A DNA stretch of 64,000 bases from Vitrella brassicaformis CCMP3155. Taxonomy: Eukaryota > Protista > Chromerida. Location: positions 1 through 64,000 of the forward strand of contig CDMY01000412.1 in assembly GCA_001179505.1 (NCBI GenBank). The letters are read 5' to 3'. Under the pieces are notes generated by a model, which searched no databases, was not told the DNA's origin, and was given only the letters and a program-made list of their open reading frames with translations. This document shows, piece after piece, positions 22,136 to 35,266 of the stretch (position 1 is its first letter; the number at the start of each line of letters is the position of its first letter). The translations under genes and the position numbers were made by a program.

Positions 22136-25130
22136 CATAGACACAAGGAGGAAAGAGATGCGTCGAAACGTCATGTGTGTCATATGTGTGTCGGTTCGTG
22201 TCTGTCTTTATCTGCCTTTCTTTCTGCGTGTGCTTACGAGTCCCTGCGACTTGATATTTATCGTCAGGCACTCCATCCCGGACACGGCGTTGTAGTTGAT
22301 CCGCTGATGCAGCTGTGGGAAGCTTGCAAACGGAGTGCCCGGACCTACACACACATCAACACATCAACAACCACACACATGGCATGGCAGCCACCCATTG
22401 CATTGCACCTGGGCGCACTCCACCCTCCCACTCACTCAGTCACTGACTCACCCCAAAGGCCCAAGCGCGACATGTAGCCGAGATTGCGCAGCTCTGATGC
22501 GGCGGTCGCTGAGGCGTAGATGACATGCGCCTTGGGACAGAACTCCTGCTCACACGTGACAACAAACACGCCAGGAAGGATGGATGTGTGGATGTGTGGA
22601 TGGATGGATGGATCCATGAGCTCATCGGTGTGTGTGTGACGTGCCTGGAGTTTGGCCACGAGCAGGCCTGTGAGGGATGCGCCCTTGGGCGTCATGTTCT
22701 GGCTGTCGAACTCGGTGCCCTTGCCCGTCAACTCTGGTGCCAGATTCTTGGCCTGCACACCCGTGGCGACTGTCTACGTGGATATTGGTCTGGACGTGGC
22801 GACCTTGTGCGATTCGTCGAGTACGATGGCGCCCTGAGCGTCCTTGCCGCCCAGCCACTCGACAATGGCCGCGAACCGGCACAATCTACACACACCACAC
22901 CACACCACACACCAAACAGAGAGGATCGTGGATGGGGGTGTGGGTGTGGGTGTGGGAAGAGGCGGGTACTTGGGATCATTGAGTATGTCGTGGTCGCCCT
23001 TCTTGAGCCGGGCTGACAGGTCCTCTGCCTGGCTCTTGGTGTTGTGCTTAACGAAGTACATGTAGCTGCAGAAGAGAATGCCGTTGCCTGAGGGCATCAA
23101 GGAAGCGCACACGCATCCAACACAAACAACACCCATATATGTGTATGTCTGTGTGGATGGATTGATGTGTCTGTGTATGTGTGGCATAGCGGGTGGATAC
23201 ATGAGGGTCCGAGTTTGTCTTGGAGTTTGAGTTTGTTTTCGCGGTTGCTCATGAAGGAGTCGAACACCGGCATGCCCTTGATGTTGGCCAGCGGAATACT
23301 CAGACGCAGATCATCTGAACAATACAGCACAGCACAGCACAGCACAACACACAAAGGCGTATACTAGTGGGTGTATGCAGCATGGATCGTGCGTGTCTGT
23401 GTCCGTGTGTACCTATGTCTCTCTTTGAGTCCATTTCGAGGTCGGGCGAGACACTGAACCAGATGTGCCGCTGGTTCTTGGTCAGCCGCTTGTGGTTGTG
23501 CACGTGCCCAATGAACGCCGCCATGGTCCGCCCCTGCTCCCAACCAACCAACCAACCAACGCACCAGTGCACCACTCATCAATGAATGACTTGCATACGG
23601 CCACAGGCGGATGCGCGTGCTGGTGTGTGGTGTGGTTCTGACCTTGCCGCTGCCGGTTCCGTCACCGAGGCAGAAACCACCCCGGTGCCCAGAGTCCAAC
23701 AACTGACAACGGGCATTCGGATGTGGGCGTGTTGGGGCTGGGGGTGGGGAGGGGGTGTGTGTGTGTGTGTGTACCTTGCTTGAGCGTCGGCACGTGGATG
23801 ATCGACTCCATCTGAACGCTCGACAACAGGCCATGATCCACTACCCATCTGCAGGACAGACAGACAGACAGGCAGCAAGGCAGACGGAAAGGGCGGGAGG
23901 AATGAATGATGTGTAGACACGTGTGTGCACGTCACGAGCAATTAATTACTTGGGCATGTGTACGATGTCCGTCTGGCGGAGCGGAGGCAACTTGACCGCA
24001 TGCAGAGTGGCCGACTGATATGCGCATATGGAGGCATAGATGACGGGCGGCTGCTGGATGGTTATCTATCTATCTCGGCTCACCTCCGCCAGGACCGCAG
24101 GATGCTCATGACCGAAGTTGAACAGCGACGATCGACGCACGGCCTTCATGACCTCCTCGCCCCCACCAGCACCTCCACCCCCAGCACCATCCTGACACAC
24201 ACGCACCACACATCCCTCTCATTACAACAGCCGCCCACGAATTGAAGGAAATGTGTGAATTGCTTACCGATCTATCGTCGTATGGGTCGGTATGGTGCTG
24301 CTCGAGGTCGTATGGGCACAGTGGTCTGTTCTTGGCCTCGCTCCAGTCCTTGGGCAGATGCCTCAGCGGGTGGTCACCTCCTGCACACACCACACGGCGA
24401 GAAGCCGAAGTGTATGCGTCTTTGTGTGGCCACCATGGTCCGTCTGCATACCTTTGTTTGCATTTGCCTTCTGGCGGTGCTGTCCGATGTCATCGTCGTC
24501 ATCGCCGCTGCGCAGATGACAACGAGGTGCCCCGCCCCTCCTCTCCCCCACCTGTGCAGGTGTCTGTGTTGCTTACTTGTCCGTCAGGTCCCAAATGGAG
24601 CCGCCACCCATCCCACCCCGCCCCCCGCCACCATCAGCACGGCTACGCCCACCCGCAGCAGCGGCAGCGGCAGCGGCAGCGGCAGGGGCAGCGGCAGCAG
24701 GCCGCTTGCCGCCCTCAAACACGTCACTGGACGCAATTTGACAGCACAATACATACGTGTACTGGTGGGGGTGGAGACCATCAAACAAACCACCATGTCA
24801 TATGTATGCTGTCCACCATACTTACTCATCATCGAAGGGCCAGTCATCATCGTTGTCCTCCTCTTTCTTCACCTCCGGGCCGCCCTTCCCCTCCACCTCC
24901 CCATCGAAAAACAGCGCCACGTCGTCATCGGAGTCGAAGAGCTTGTCAGCCGCTGCTGCAGCTGCTACAGGAGCTACAGCCGGTGCACTCTGCTGCTGCT
25001 GCCGCTGCTGCTGCTGTTTGTGGGTGTTCTTGGTTCGTTTGGTGGACGGCGCGTTTTTGACGAGGATGATCTGGCAATCGTCCGACTCGTCGCCTTCATC
25101 ACTATCAGCCGGGCGCTTTCGCTCATTCAT
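15300..25130 (-). CDS. SBNO: Strawberry notch family helicase-like protein (SBNO/FORGETTER1), many exons; 3' end approximate
   Basis: Motifs in order: [12 protein letters not shown]|[104 protein letters not shown]|[29 protein letters not shown]. Confidence 0.93.
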
Positions 25131-25297
25131 GGTGTGGCGGACACGAAAGGACGGGAATGGCCGCCGCCAGAAAATTCACATGTGGTGGGAGGTCCCGCTG
25201 GGGGGAGCAGCTGCGCGCAGCAAAGAGGTGTGCACACAGGCAGCCAGTCGGCCAAGACCACTGCGGGACGTGACACTGAGCGAGATGATTTGCGGAA

Positions 25298-25725
25298 TGT
25301 CCCATTTAACCGATGAAATTTTGTGCGTTTTTCCCGGTGACCTTCATTCATTGTGAGCCGTCGCAATGACCTGCATGTGGTCCAGCGTGCCTCACTGATC
25401 ACTGTAAAGCAAATTTTACCTCCAAACACCCACAAACAGCCGAGATCGGGGCCGCCAAAGTGGGGTCAAGCAAGCAAACGAGAAGCAGCGAAGCAAACAA
25501 GCTGCGGAGCACCATGAATGGCTTGCCTTTGAGCCCACAGTAGCATTTGCAGTGAAAGAGCGACTCCGCCATGCGAGTCAGGTGGCCTGCTGCGACGCCC
25601 TGGTGACTCAGACGGCCAAGCAGAAGGCGTGTGAATTGCCTCGCTTAAATGGGACCTCGGTCATATGGGAAACTCGTTATATGGGACACCCTGGGCAGTG
25701 TCCCATTTAGCCGAGGCCCACTGTA
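25298..25725 (-). mobile_element. Non-autonomous Tc1/mariner-pogo-like (MITE) remnant with one intact end
   Basis: Terminus reads TA-CAGTGGGCCTCGGCTAAATGGGAC on the minus strand (25725-25700). Three subterminal direct repeats of ctcg(c/g/t)t(t/c)a(a/t)atggga lie at 25639-25687, and a further gtcccatttaaccga lies at 25299-25313. No transposase ORF is present and the other end is degenerate. Confidence 0.65.
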
Positions 25726-26155
25726 CTTTTTGCTTGGGCAAGGAGTACGAGCTGGAAGAGAGGAGAGGAGAGACAAACGGTCTCAGTAAAACCATCCATG
25801 GATAGCTAGCACGGCTGACCACGACCAGGACGGCTTGCCTGCCTGACCTGCACGTGAATAGAATAGTTACTCATCGACATCATGTATATGTACAGCCGCC
25901 CAGGGAGATGCGGGGCGGGGGGGAACGTGGGCGGGAGTGTGTGCTGTGTGCATTCATGTTCATGGTGTCTAAGGGACTCTCGAACTAAAAAGCGGAGACA
26001 AGTCAAGTTTTGAAGGGGTCAAGACCGACCGACCGACCAGCCGGCCATCTATCTATGTCGGTCGAAAGGCTCAATCAATCAGTGAGCGCATTGACTGATT
26101 GCTATACAGTCCAAGCATGTCGGTCACGTCACGCACACAGACGGACAGACGCAGC
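25724..26155 (+). pseudogene. Duplicated 3' end and 3' flank of the 13479-14457 gene
   Basis: Diverged copy of 14380-14830 encoding a CLGKEYELE remnant. It begins at the TA flanking the transposon end. Confidence 0.75.
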
Positions 26156-26240
26156 GTTGCTGCTCACAGCCAACACCATCCCAGTACCACTAGCTTGTTA
26201 GTACAAATCAGATCACCCACCCAAGCCATCCCTCGATCCC

Positions 26241-26969
26241 TCATTGTGACGGTTCGAAGGACTTCATGCTCTCGACGTTGAAAATGTAGTCGCTGTAGTG
26301 CGTCTTGGCGAACCATGCCATGTCCCGCTCCTGAATGATGTTCATGATGCGCTTCTTGTCCTTCTCGCGCTTCTTCTCCTGGTTGGGGATCCGCTCAGCC
26401 TTGCGCTTCAACTCGTCCATCACGCCGCACTCACGCAGCTCGTACATGTACAGCTGCGTCCACCGGTCCACACTATAGCAAACAGCAAACAGACACACAG
26501 ACACACAGATGTGAGTCACTTCATATATATATATATCTCTCTCTGCGTCCCTGTGTGTGCCGCGCCGCCCAGTGCTGTGCAGCTATGTGTGTGTGGCTGT
26601 GCTTACTCGACTTGTCCACTTTGGAACTCTGCGTCGAGTTCGGCGAGCGCCTGGTCGAAGTCCCAGTCGTCGGCATCCTCATCGCAGTCCAAAAAACTGA
26701 CCTCCACGATGTTGAGCGGCGACGGTCCCCGTGCTGGCGCCCTTGACGCACCTGCAACCCCCCGCCCACACATCCACCACACCCACAGGCAACACAGGCA
26801 TAAGTTGATCTGGCCTGGTGCAAATCTCTGCGTGTCGTCTGTGCGTACCTGGTGGGTATTTCCTGAGTCTAGAGAGCATGGTGGGTTGGGGGGCGACCAG
26901 CTGGAAGGCGCTGGATGAGCACAGCAGGCCCAGCACAGATGCGGCGCGGAGGGAGAGGGAGATCAACAT
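26241..26969 (-). CDS. Plastid-targeted small protein, probably divergent ribosomal protein bS21 (3 exons)
   Basis: Leader MLISLSLRAASVLGLLCSSSAFQLV (SSAF motif). The C-terminal part ESVDRWTQLYMYELRECGVMDELKRKAERIPNQEKKREKDKKR resembles bS21 (ES.D..LRRFK.....AGIL.E.KRR...EKPSEKRKRK), with an acidic insertion before it. Confidence 0.5.
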
Positions 26970-27180
26970 GTTCGTCGGCTGGATCTTCGACGCACTCCAC
27001 TTCACAGACCACTGAGGGCTCTCTGTGCGTCCAAGGACGCTTCTTCGCGCGGCGGTCCTGGAAGCGCAAGCTCGCAAAAGAGCTTGCAATCGTCTCGCAA
27101 ACCCCTCTCTTTCTCTCTCGACAGCAATGCATCGTTTGTAACGGCGAGTTTGTTTGTTTGTTAGTTAGTTGTCAAGAGAG

Positions 27181-29582
27181 ATGGTGTGTGGTCCGACGCG
27201 CAACATCACGTCCATCTACATCAAGTACCGTTCGGACCACAAGAACAAAAAGAACCGATTCGGCATCAGCCTGCTCGGCGGAGGCAGCCCCAGCCATGCA
27301 GAAGCCGGTCAGGGAGAACAAGACGCACACACACACACACACACACGCCTGCCGTGCGGATCTCTCGTGTGTGTGTGCGTGCGCAGGGCAGCAGCGCCTT
27401 CTTGCGTCGACCTCTGGTAAGCCGCAAGGCAGGCAGGCAGGCAGGCAGGCAGCTGGGCCGCGGGAGATCAGATCTTATCAGACAGCTAGCTGTCCTGGCC
27501 CTGTACGGACGCTGTGTGTGTGTGTGTCTTGTGTGTGTGTGTCTTATGTGTGTGCGGCGATGGCCCCTCCCCGTGTAGAGGAGGACATCCAGGAGGTGGA
27601 GATGACGCAACTGCCGCCCGTCTGGGTGAGCAACCAGCCCATCAACACAACACCCCACCGTACGGGAGGGCTGGGCGACGGACTGTCTGTCTGTTGTGCT
27701 CAGGTTGATCTGATAGAGGACGCGCAGGACGACATACAAAAGATCAAAGACAAAAGTGAGTCAGTCAGTCAGTGAGGGAGTGAAGGAGTGAGGGAGAAGA
27801 TCCATGGGAGGGATGCGATGCGTGAGGCATTCATTCCTTGTTTGGTGCCTGCGGTGTGTGCGGTGTGTTGTGTCGGTGGCTGCAGTTGCGACGCTTCAGC
27901 AGAAGCAGCAGCGACGCCTGCTTAAGGTGCGCAGCGCATAGAACACAACACCCCCGCACCAGCACTCACTGGAGGGAAAAGCAAAGGCGTGTGTGTGATT
28001 GTGAAGGTGTTTGGCGAGGAGGGTTCCAACACGTCGCTCGAGTCCGAAATCGACAACCTCTCACACGTCATCACAGCGGTCAGGGAGACAGGGAGGGAGG
28101 GACGGAGCGAGGGACCTTTGCCATCTGTTTGTGGTCTCTCTGCATGTGTCATGTGTGTGTGTGTGTGTGTCGTGTTTGTTTGTGTGTGCCTACCGTGCAG
28201 TTGTTTCGTCAGTGTGAGGGTCGTATCCACCAGATCCAGACCAGGGGCACCGAGATGGGCGTCACCAACAAGGAATACGCACTCAGGCAGAACGCACAGG
28301 TCAGTCAATCAATAGGCACATGCCTGCACGCCTGCCTGCGATATGTTGTGGGCACACAGCCATTGCAATCAGTACATTCAGCAGCTTGTGTGAATGGAAT
28401 GTTTGGTTGCCTGTGTGTGTTGGTTGGTTGGTTGGTTGGTTGCTTCATTCATTTACTTCAGCGCAGTGTGGCCAATCAGCTGCAGAAGCTGTCTCAGGAC
28501 TTTAGGAAGCAGCAGAAAAACTACCTGCAGGGTACGCACACACACACACACACACACACACGGACGAGACCACACCCGACCCGACACCCACCCTCTCTGT
28601 CTGTGTGTGGTGTGGACGGATGGTAGAGTTGAAGAAGCGTCAGTCCGGCGGCCGCGAGATATTCGAGAGCGCATCCGAGTCGACCACTGATGACTTCGTA
28701 CGCTAAACCACACACACACACACACAGTGTCCGTGCCACGCGCTCTTACGATGGCTGGCTGGCTGGATGGATTGGTGTGTGGCCACCGCAGGGTTTCAGT
28801 GAGAGTCAGGTGAACGAGCTCGAGACCATCGAAACGGACGTCAACGCACGCAACCAGGTGGGGTGGGCGGCTCGCTGGGTGGGGGCTGCACAGACAGACG
28901 ATGCACAGCAAGATGAATCCGTTGCTCATCAGTCGTATGGCCTCCCTGTGTGTGCGTGTCATCATGTGTCTGTGTGTGTGTGTGTGTGTGTCAGGAGATC
29001 GCGCACATCGCGCAGTCGGTGGCTGATTTGCACAACATCTTCAAAGAACTCGCCGTCCTCGTCATCGACCAGGTGGGCTGGGCATGGATGCCATCCATCC
29101 CGTCCCATCCCCCCCCCACACACACATACAGCCACACGTGTGTCTTTGTCTGTCTGTTTGTTTGCCCTCGTCGATCGTCTGTCTGTTTCGTCTGTTTCGT
29201 CTGGTCAGGGCACGATGCTTGATCGCATTGACTACAACGTGGAGCAGGTCGAACAAAGGGAGGCACACACCGAACCCAACGTGACCACGTCCTCTGTGTG
29301 TGTGTGGGTGTGGTGTGTGCGTTTGTTTGCTGCCAACAGGTGGTGATGCAGACTGAGGAGGCCAATGTGCACATCGCCAAGGCCGAGAAGCTGCAGAAGA
29401 GCGGCCGGGCAATGAAGTGCATACTCGCCCTTGTCATCGCCATCTTCGTCATGGTAATAAACGACGACACACTCACGACTGAGGACATATTGTCCACTGT
29501 GTGTGTGTGTGTGTGCGTGCAGCTGGGTTTATTGATCTTGAAGCACACCGGCCACAGGAGGCTGCAGATGGCCGACGACTAG
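27181..29582 (+). CDS. STX16: Syntaxin-16 / Tlg2 / SYP4-type Qa-SNARE (about 12 exons)
   Basis: N-peptide TRNITSIYIKYR, LPPVWVD, Habc helices, SNARE motif EIAHIAQSVADLHNIFKELAVLVIDQGTMLDRIDYNVEQ, and C-terminal TM CILALVIAIFVMLGLLILK. Confidence 0.95.
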
Positions 29583-30826
29583 ACAGACACACAAATGCAT
29601 GGATGGGCGCGTGCGTCCGTGTAGATTGCTGCGTGAGGAAATGAGTGAATGGCCTGTTGGCATGTTAGTATGTTGATTGACTGAAAAAGCCACACGCACA
29701 AATCAGTAGTCTTTGTCTTGCATCTCAAATTTGCCGATATAGATCGACCTCACGCACACAACGCACCACACTGCATAACACAGCACAACACACAAATCCT
29801 TCCTTGTTTGCCTGCTTGCCTGGCTGCCTGGTACACTCACACAAGACTTGACGCACCCACCGGCCGGCCACACAAGAGAGGGATACAGACGTACGCTTCA
29901 GTCAGTATGTGTGTAAGTAAGGATGTGGCTCTTTATGGATACAAACAGAGCAAGGCACACACGCACACACGAGTGAGTGAATGCACTGTTTGCCTGCAGC
30001 AGGGCAGTGGAAAAAAAGACGAGGCCCAGCACCACAACACACACAACAGCACAGCACAGCACGCCTGCCTGTGCGTGCGTGTGCACGGGCCACGTTCATC
30101 AATCATGGAGAATGCGCAAGGTCATCCTTCCATCTGGACATCCCATGAATCGCGTCGCATGCTCGAAGTAAGAGTCCCGCGTAAAGCTGTGTACGGCCGG
30201 CGCACAGGCCCAGGCCGCCCAGCGAAAAAGGGGGACACACCACCACCCACCGACACAACACGCACGTACGGCGCACGAGTGAACACAGACAGCATGAGGA
30301 CGACACACAGACAGACAATCAGACAGACAGAGAGACGGTGGTAGAGAGAATAGAAGAAGGTGTGATAGCTGCCTGGACGGCTGAATGGGTGGACGAATGG
30401 ATGGATGGATGGCAGGGGAGAAAACACCGGATGACAGAGAGAGAGCGTGTCTGTTTGTCTGTCTGGATGGATGTGATGGGGGGTGGAGATGGGGAGGGGG
30501 TGGGGTGGGGCGGTGCCTCTCTTCATTGCACTGCACTGAATGCATTGCCTGCATGCCATGCATCGACCAGTTCAAGCCTGCCTGCCTGGGTGTCAGTCAA
30601 TCTGTCCCTCCCTCCCTCCAAAAGCCATCAAAACACGACAAAACTCAATCCATCAACACACGGACAAGAGACAGCAGACAGACGGACAGACAGACGGACA
30701 GGAAAGAGTGAGAAGTACGAGAGGAGACGAGACGACACGGCACACAGCAGCCAGACCACACACAGATTGCCAACCAGCCAGCCAGCCAGCCAGGCGACTG
30801 CGCTCCCCCTGTCCTTCTTTCTTCCT

Positions 30827-33800
30827 TCACGGCCCCTCCTGCCCTCCCCCATCTCCTCCGCCCTCAAGAAGCGGGCCCCTGTCGACCTCTTCTGCGGCAC
30901 CATCGCCATCACCATCGCCATCGACTTCTTCCCTCAGGTTATCCTCCCCACCGCTCTCCCCGCCATATTCCTGCAGCACCATCTGACCATCACCACCAAC
31001 GCCGCCCACAAAGGCCGGCGCGTCGGTGCCAGTGGGGGCAGCCACCACACCGCTCGACACAGACGGCACCTCGCCGGCAGGACTCACACCTGCACTCTCC
31101 CCACCGGGCGTGGGGGCGGGGACAGCGACAGGGGCAGGGACAACCGGTGGAGAGGGAGAGAGAGACGGCGATTGCGATGGTGCGGCAGGGGGAGGGACAG
31201 GAGGGGCGGCGGCGGAGGCGGTCTGCAGGGAGTCCGACAGAGTGGACGACGACCGCGAGAAGTCAGACGACGAACGGAGATCGCCTTGCGGGACACCACC
31301 AACACCACCACCACCAGCAACACCCGTACCACCAGAAGCGGACGGCTGTGCAATGCCACCCTGCGTCGATGTGGGAGGGAGGGATCGGTGGGGCGAGAGA
31401 GTGGATGGGTGTGAAGAGGAACTGGCGCTGGCGTGTGCGCTGCGGGGTGTGGACCGCTGTGAGTGTGAGGTGGGACCAGACGAAGTGAGGAACGACCGGT
31501 GGATGCCTGTGCCGCCCTCGTCAGAACCCTCGAGGCCCTCCTCGATGAGCTGCGGCCCACCACCGACACCACTGCCACCCCCTGAGGCCGATAGAGGGCC
31601 GCTGAGGTCGATCTGTGGCAGACCCTCGTCGAAATCGGGGATGTCCACACTTGTGGATCGATCATGAGACACACAGATACACATGGATGGATGGAGGAAG
31701 GTGATGTGCAGTGTGGTGTGGTGTAGGTACCTGATGGTGGCTGGGAGGGCCTCGAGGCCAGGGATGAACTCGGCCGGTAAGTGGACGCCATGCCGCTTCA
31801 TGAAACTGGTGGACCACACAGACAGACACATATGATCGATTGCTCGCTCATCTGACGCTTGCGTACGTTCTGCGCCGTTCTTCCTCCTCCTCCCTCATGC
31901 GCGTCAAGACGTCACACGCACTCATCGCCTTCACACACACACACACACACACACAGTGCCTCCATCCATCAGCTGGCGAGTCTGGTGTGTGTGCTGTGGT
32001 CAGTCAGTTAGTTACCCTAGCGACGTATTTGGCTTTGAATGTCCTCCTCCTGGCGATTTCGGTGAGGGCCGCCTGGTAGGCCGACGGCATGCGGTCGATG
32101 TGACTCAGGTGGCTGAAGTCAGCCTGACGCACAGGAAGGGATGAATGGTCAGTCATGTTGGTTGGCTGCCTTTTGCGTGTGTGTGTGTGTGTTACCTTTT
32201 GTTTGTTGAGCGTTTCTTCGAAGACCACTCCCTGACTCGACAGCTGGTGGATCCGCGACTGCAGTGCACACACATACACACACACACAGAGCCATGTGAG
32301 GCGCAGACAGGCTGGCATGCTGACGGACTGACAGACCTGCAGCGATGAGACCTCCCTGAGGTGCTCCAGGAAGGCTGCACACCGGCTAGACTGACACATG
32401 AGACGCAAGGGCACACAAACAGGCAGGCAGGCAGGCAGGCATCAGAGACGCGTGTTGGGTTAGGAAGCATGCGGGCTGGCTGCCAGTGGCTGATGGGATG
32501 GGTGTGTGTCTGTGCCCCCATCCCCCATCCTCTCACCCATCTGACGCAGCATCGGGAGTAGAGCTCCTTGACCTTCTCATGCAGATCCTGCACACGACCC
32601 AAGTACTCGTGCTGACAGACAGACAGACATGACACACACCACGCCACACACAGCCAAACCAGATCAGATCAGATCTATCCACAGTCTATCTTTCAACAAG
32701 ATTCACCCACCCACACACCGACTCACGGACCTGTTGCTTCTCCTTCGCGAGCAGCTCTGCGGCGGCTTCCGGCGAGAACGAGCGGACGACGTCAGGGTGC
32801 TCTTGTGGCCTTTGTGCGTCGCCGACGCCGACCATACTGATGGTGGTGGAGGCCTCGATGGTGGGCTGCGGGGGCAGGGTCTGCAGCAGACTCTTGAAGG
32901 TCGCCTTCTGCTGACGCAGCAGCTCGTTGAGCTCATGCATGTTCTTCTCCACCGTCTCGTCCGCACTGACCACAGACAGACAGTGGAGCGAGGGAGTGTG
33001 TGTGGTGTGTGGTGGGGTGGGGATTATTGGTTGTGTGGTTGCTTGCTGACCAGAAGTCGTTCATCTTTTCGAGTTCGCCGTCTGTGTGTTGTCCCGTCTC
33101 GATGGCCACCTTCCGCAGCTGCTCGATCCGACGGCGGATGCGGTCTGACGGATTTCACACACAACACACACACACACACACGGACAGACACATACAGACA
33201 TGGTTTTCTCTCTGTCCTTGGCCGGCCTGACTGACTGCGTGGCTGGCAGGTTTACCGTGGTCTGCCCCACAAGAGGCCGCGAACTGCCGGATGCGCTGCT
33301 CGGGGACCACATCCTATAGCACCACACACAACGAAGGAAGGATGTGTCCAGCCCCTCCTTCCTTCGTTGGCTGACGAAGCTGACCGCGAGTGTGTGTCTG
33401 CCCTGCAGGCGCATGGCAGGGTGTAGCTCCACCTCCCTCAGCCGCCCGATGGCGGCATCCAGCCCCTCAAGGACACTCTGGTGACGGGCGTGCACGCCCG
33501 TCGACTTCTTCGAGAACGCATCGACTGAAGCCAGGAATGTGCTGAGGAACATACATACACACAAACAAAGAGGGAGAGAGGGAGGGTGTGCTGCGGTTGT
33601 GGCTCTCTCCCTTTGTGTGACGGTTCGGTCGGTCGGTCGGCCACTGACTCACTCACTCTTTGTGGTGTAGCAGGTTGGCGATGACGGCCCTGCAAGCCCT
33701 CTTCTGGCGCCTGACCCGCTCGTGCAAGTCAGAGATCGCCATCGACAGCGAACGGGTCCCCTCGACCACCAACTGCACAAACCCATCCATAGGTACCGAG

Positions 33801-34656
33801 AGGTCGGTGCAGTGCAGTGCGCTGCATTGAATTGACTGACTGACACTGACCCGAGCATCGTGCATGGCGTTGTGGAAGCTCTGTAGGGCTGCACAGAAAC
33901 ACACACTCACAGACGAGGGTTTACGCAATGCCGGCAGCCGACTCATAGACCCTGTGTGTGTGTGTGTGTGGCTGTCTGACCAGGGTCCAACGTCTGTGCG
34001 GATGCCGACCGAAAAAGCTCCTCCTCGTCAGCTGACATCCACACACACACACACACACAAAAAGAGCAACACACTCGGTCCACTCGCGGATGGATAGATG
34101 TGTGTGTGTGCTGTGGCTGCCCCACGACTTTGCGTACCTTCTAGTTCGACGTGTGTGGAGGTGGTGAGTCTGTGAGGACGGAGGAAGGGGTCGTCGCCCG
34201 AACCCTCGCCGCTGTCTATGAGACCTGACGGGGCCGACGATGCCGATGACGACTGCGGGGCGCCTGATGACGACGCCGACACATCGGTGCCCTTCTGATC
34301 CAGCGACGAACGGCGAAACGTGAACCACCAACGATCCTGCCCATTCGTACACACACACACACACACGCATCGATATGGCCATTTCTCCCCTCTCTCTGTC
34401 TGTGCGCGTGTGCGCGTGTGTGTGTGTAGGTGTGTGTATGTGTGTCGATTACCCTGTCTGTGTCTGCGCCCCCTCCCCCTCCCCCTTCAGGCAGCAGTAT
34501 GATGTCCTGTACGGGCACTCTCCACTTGTCGGCCAGTTTGGCCTTGAGTGCCTCGTTGGGTCCGCCCTTCTTGCCCACATCGATGCGCTCCAAGTGCAGC
34601 ACCTCACCGTACAGCGCGTCGCACACCGTCACCGACGTCAACGCAGACACGTGCAT
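30827..34656 (-). CDS. ATG11/ATG17/FIP200-like autophagy scaffold (N-terminal region), with no visible C-terminal claw domain
   Basis: N-terminal ubiquitin-like pattern (TVCDALYGEVLHL...ALKAKLADKWRVPVQDIILL), helical core, then LSHIDRMPSAYQAALTEIARRRTF...FMKRHGVHLPAEFIPGL...DIPDFDEGLPQID, typical of the ATG11/17-like domain. Ends in a disordered tail. Confidence 0.65.
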
Positions 34657-35266
34657 CAATCAAACAAACAGACAGTAATCAGCCAAGCGATTCGATAATC
34701 AATCCAATCAGATCAAGCGGTGTTGCCCACGATGAGCAGACGACAGCCGTGGCGTGGTGGAGGGCACGACACTGGCCACGCCGACCTCCTCCTCCCAACA
34801 GACGTACTGGATGTGGCAGCAGGAACAGGTGGCCACTCGAGCATGGTCACCCCGAGACCCGCCGATGAATGCCGCGCGCAGACAGCCCTGCTGACCACTG
34901 ACTTGCACGACAAACCGAGGCGTCCAGGGTGGGCAGCTGTCGATGTCTTGAGAGATCTGACGTCACCAGCCGACGTCCGCGGATCTGCCTCACGCTGTGT
35001 CGAGTGGAGAGAGGGCGATAGACAGAGAGGTGTAGCGTCAGCAGAAGAGGACAGCGCAGGGAACAACTTCTTTGCAAGCTCGGCAGCTAAGCTCGCAGGT
35101 GGGGAATGGGGAGGGACCCTCCTCGTCGGGTAGCCCCTATTACTGCTGAGCACCATTCTCTCTCAGGATGTGCGCAGCTGATTGAGTTGCTGGCCTTTCA
35201 GTCGCCCTTCCACTGCACTGCACCCTATTCTAAGCTCTGCCGTGATACTGATACATCCCATTTCTG

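Noticed and set aside
25639-25716. Short spaced repeats as a CRISPR array
   Set aside because: Eukaryotic context, no unique spacers and no cas genes. The layout fits transposon subterminal repeats.
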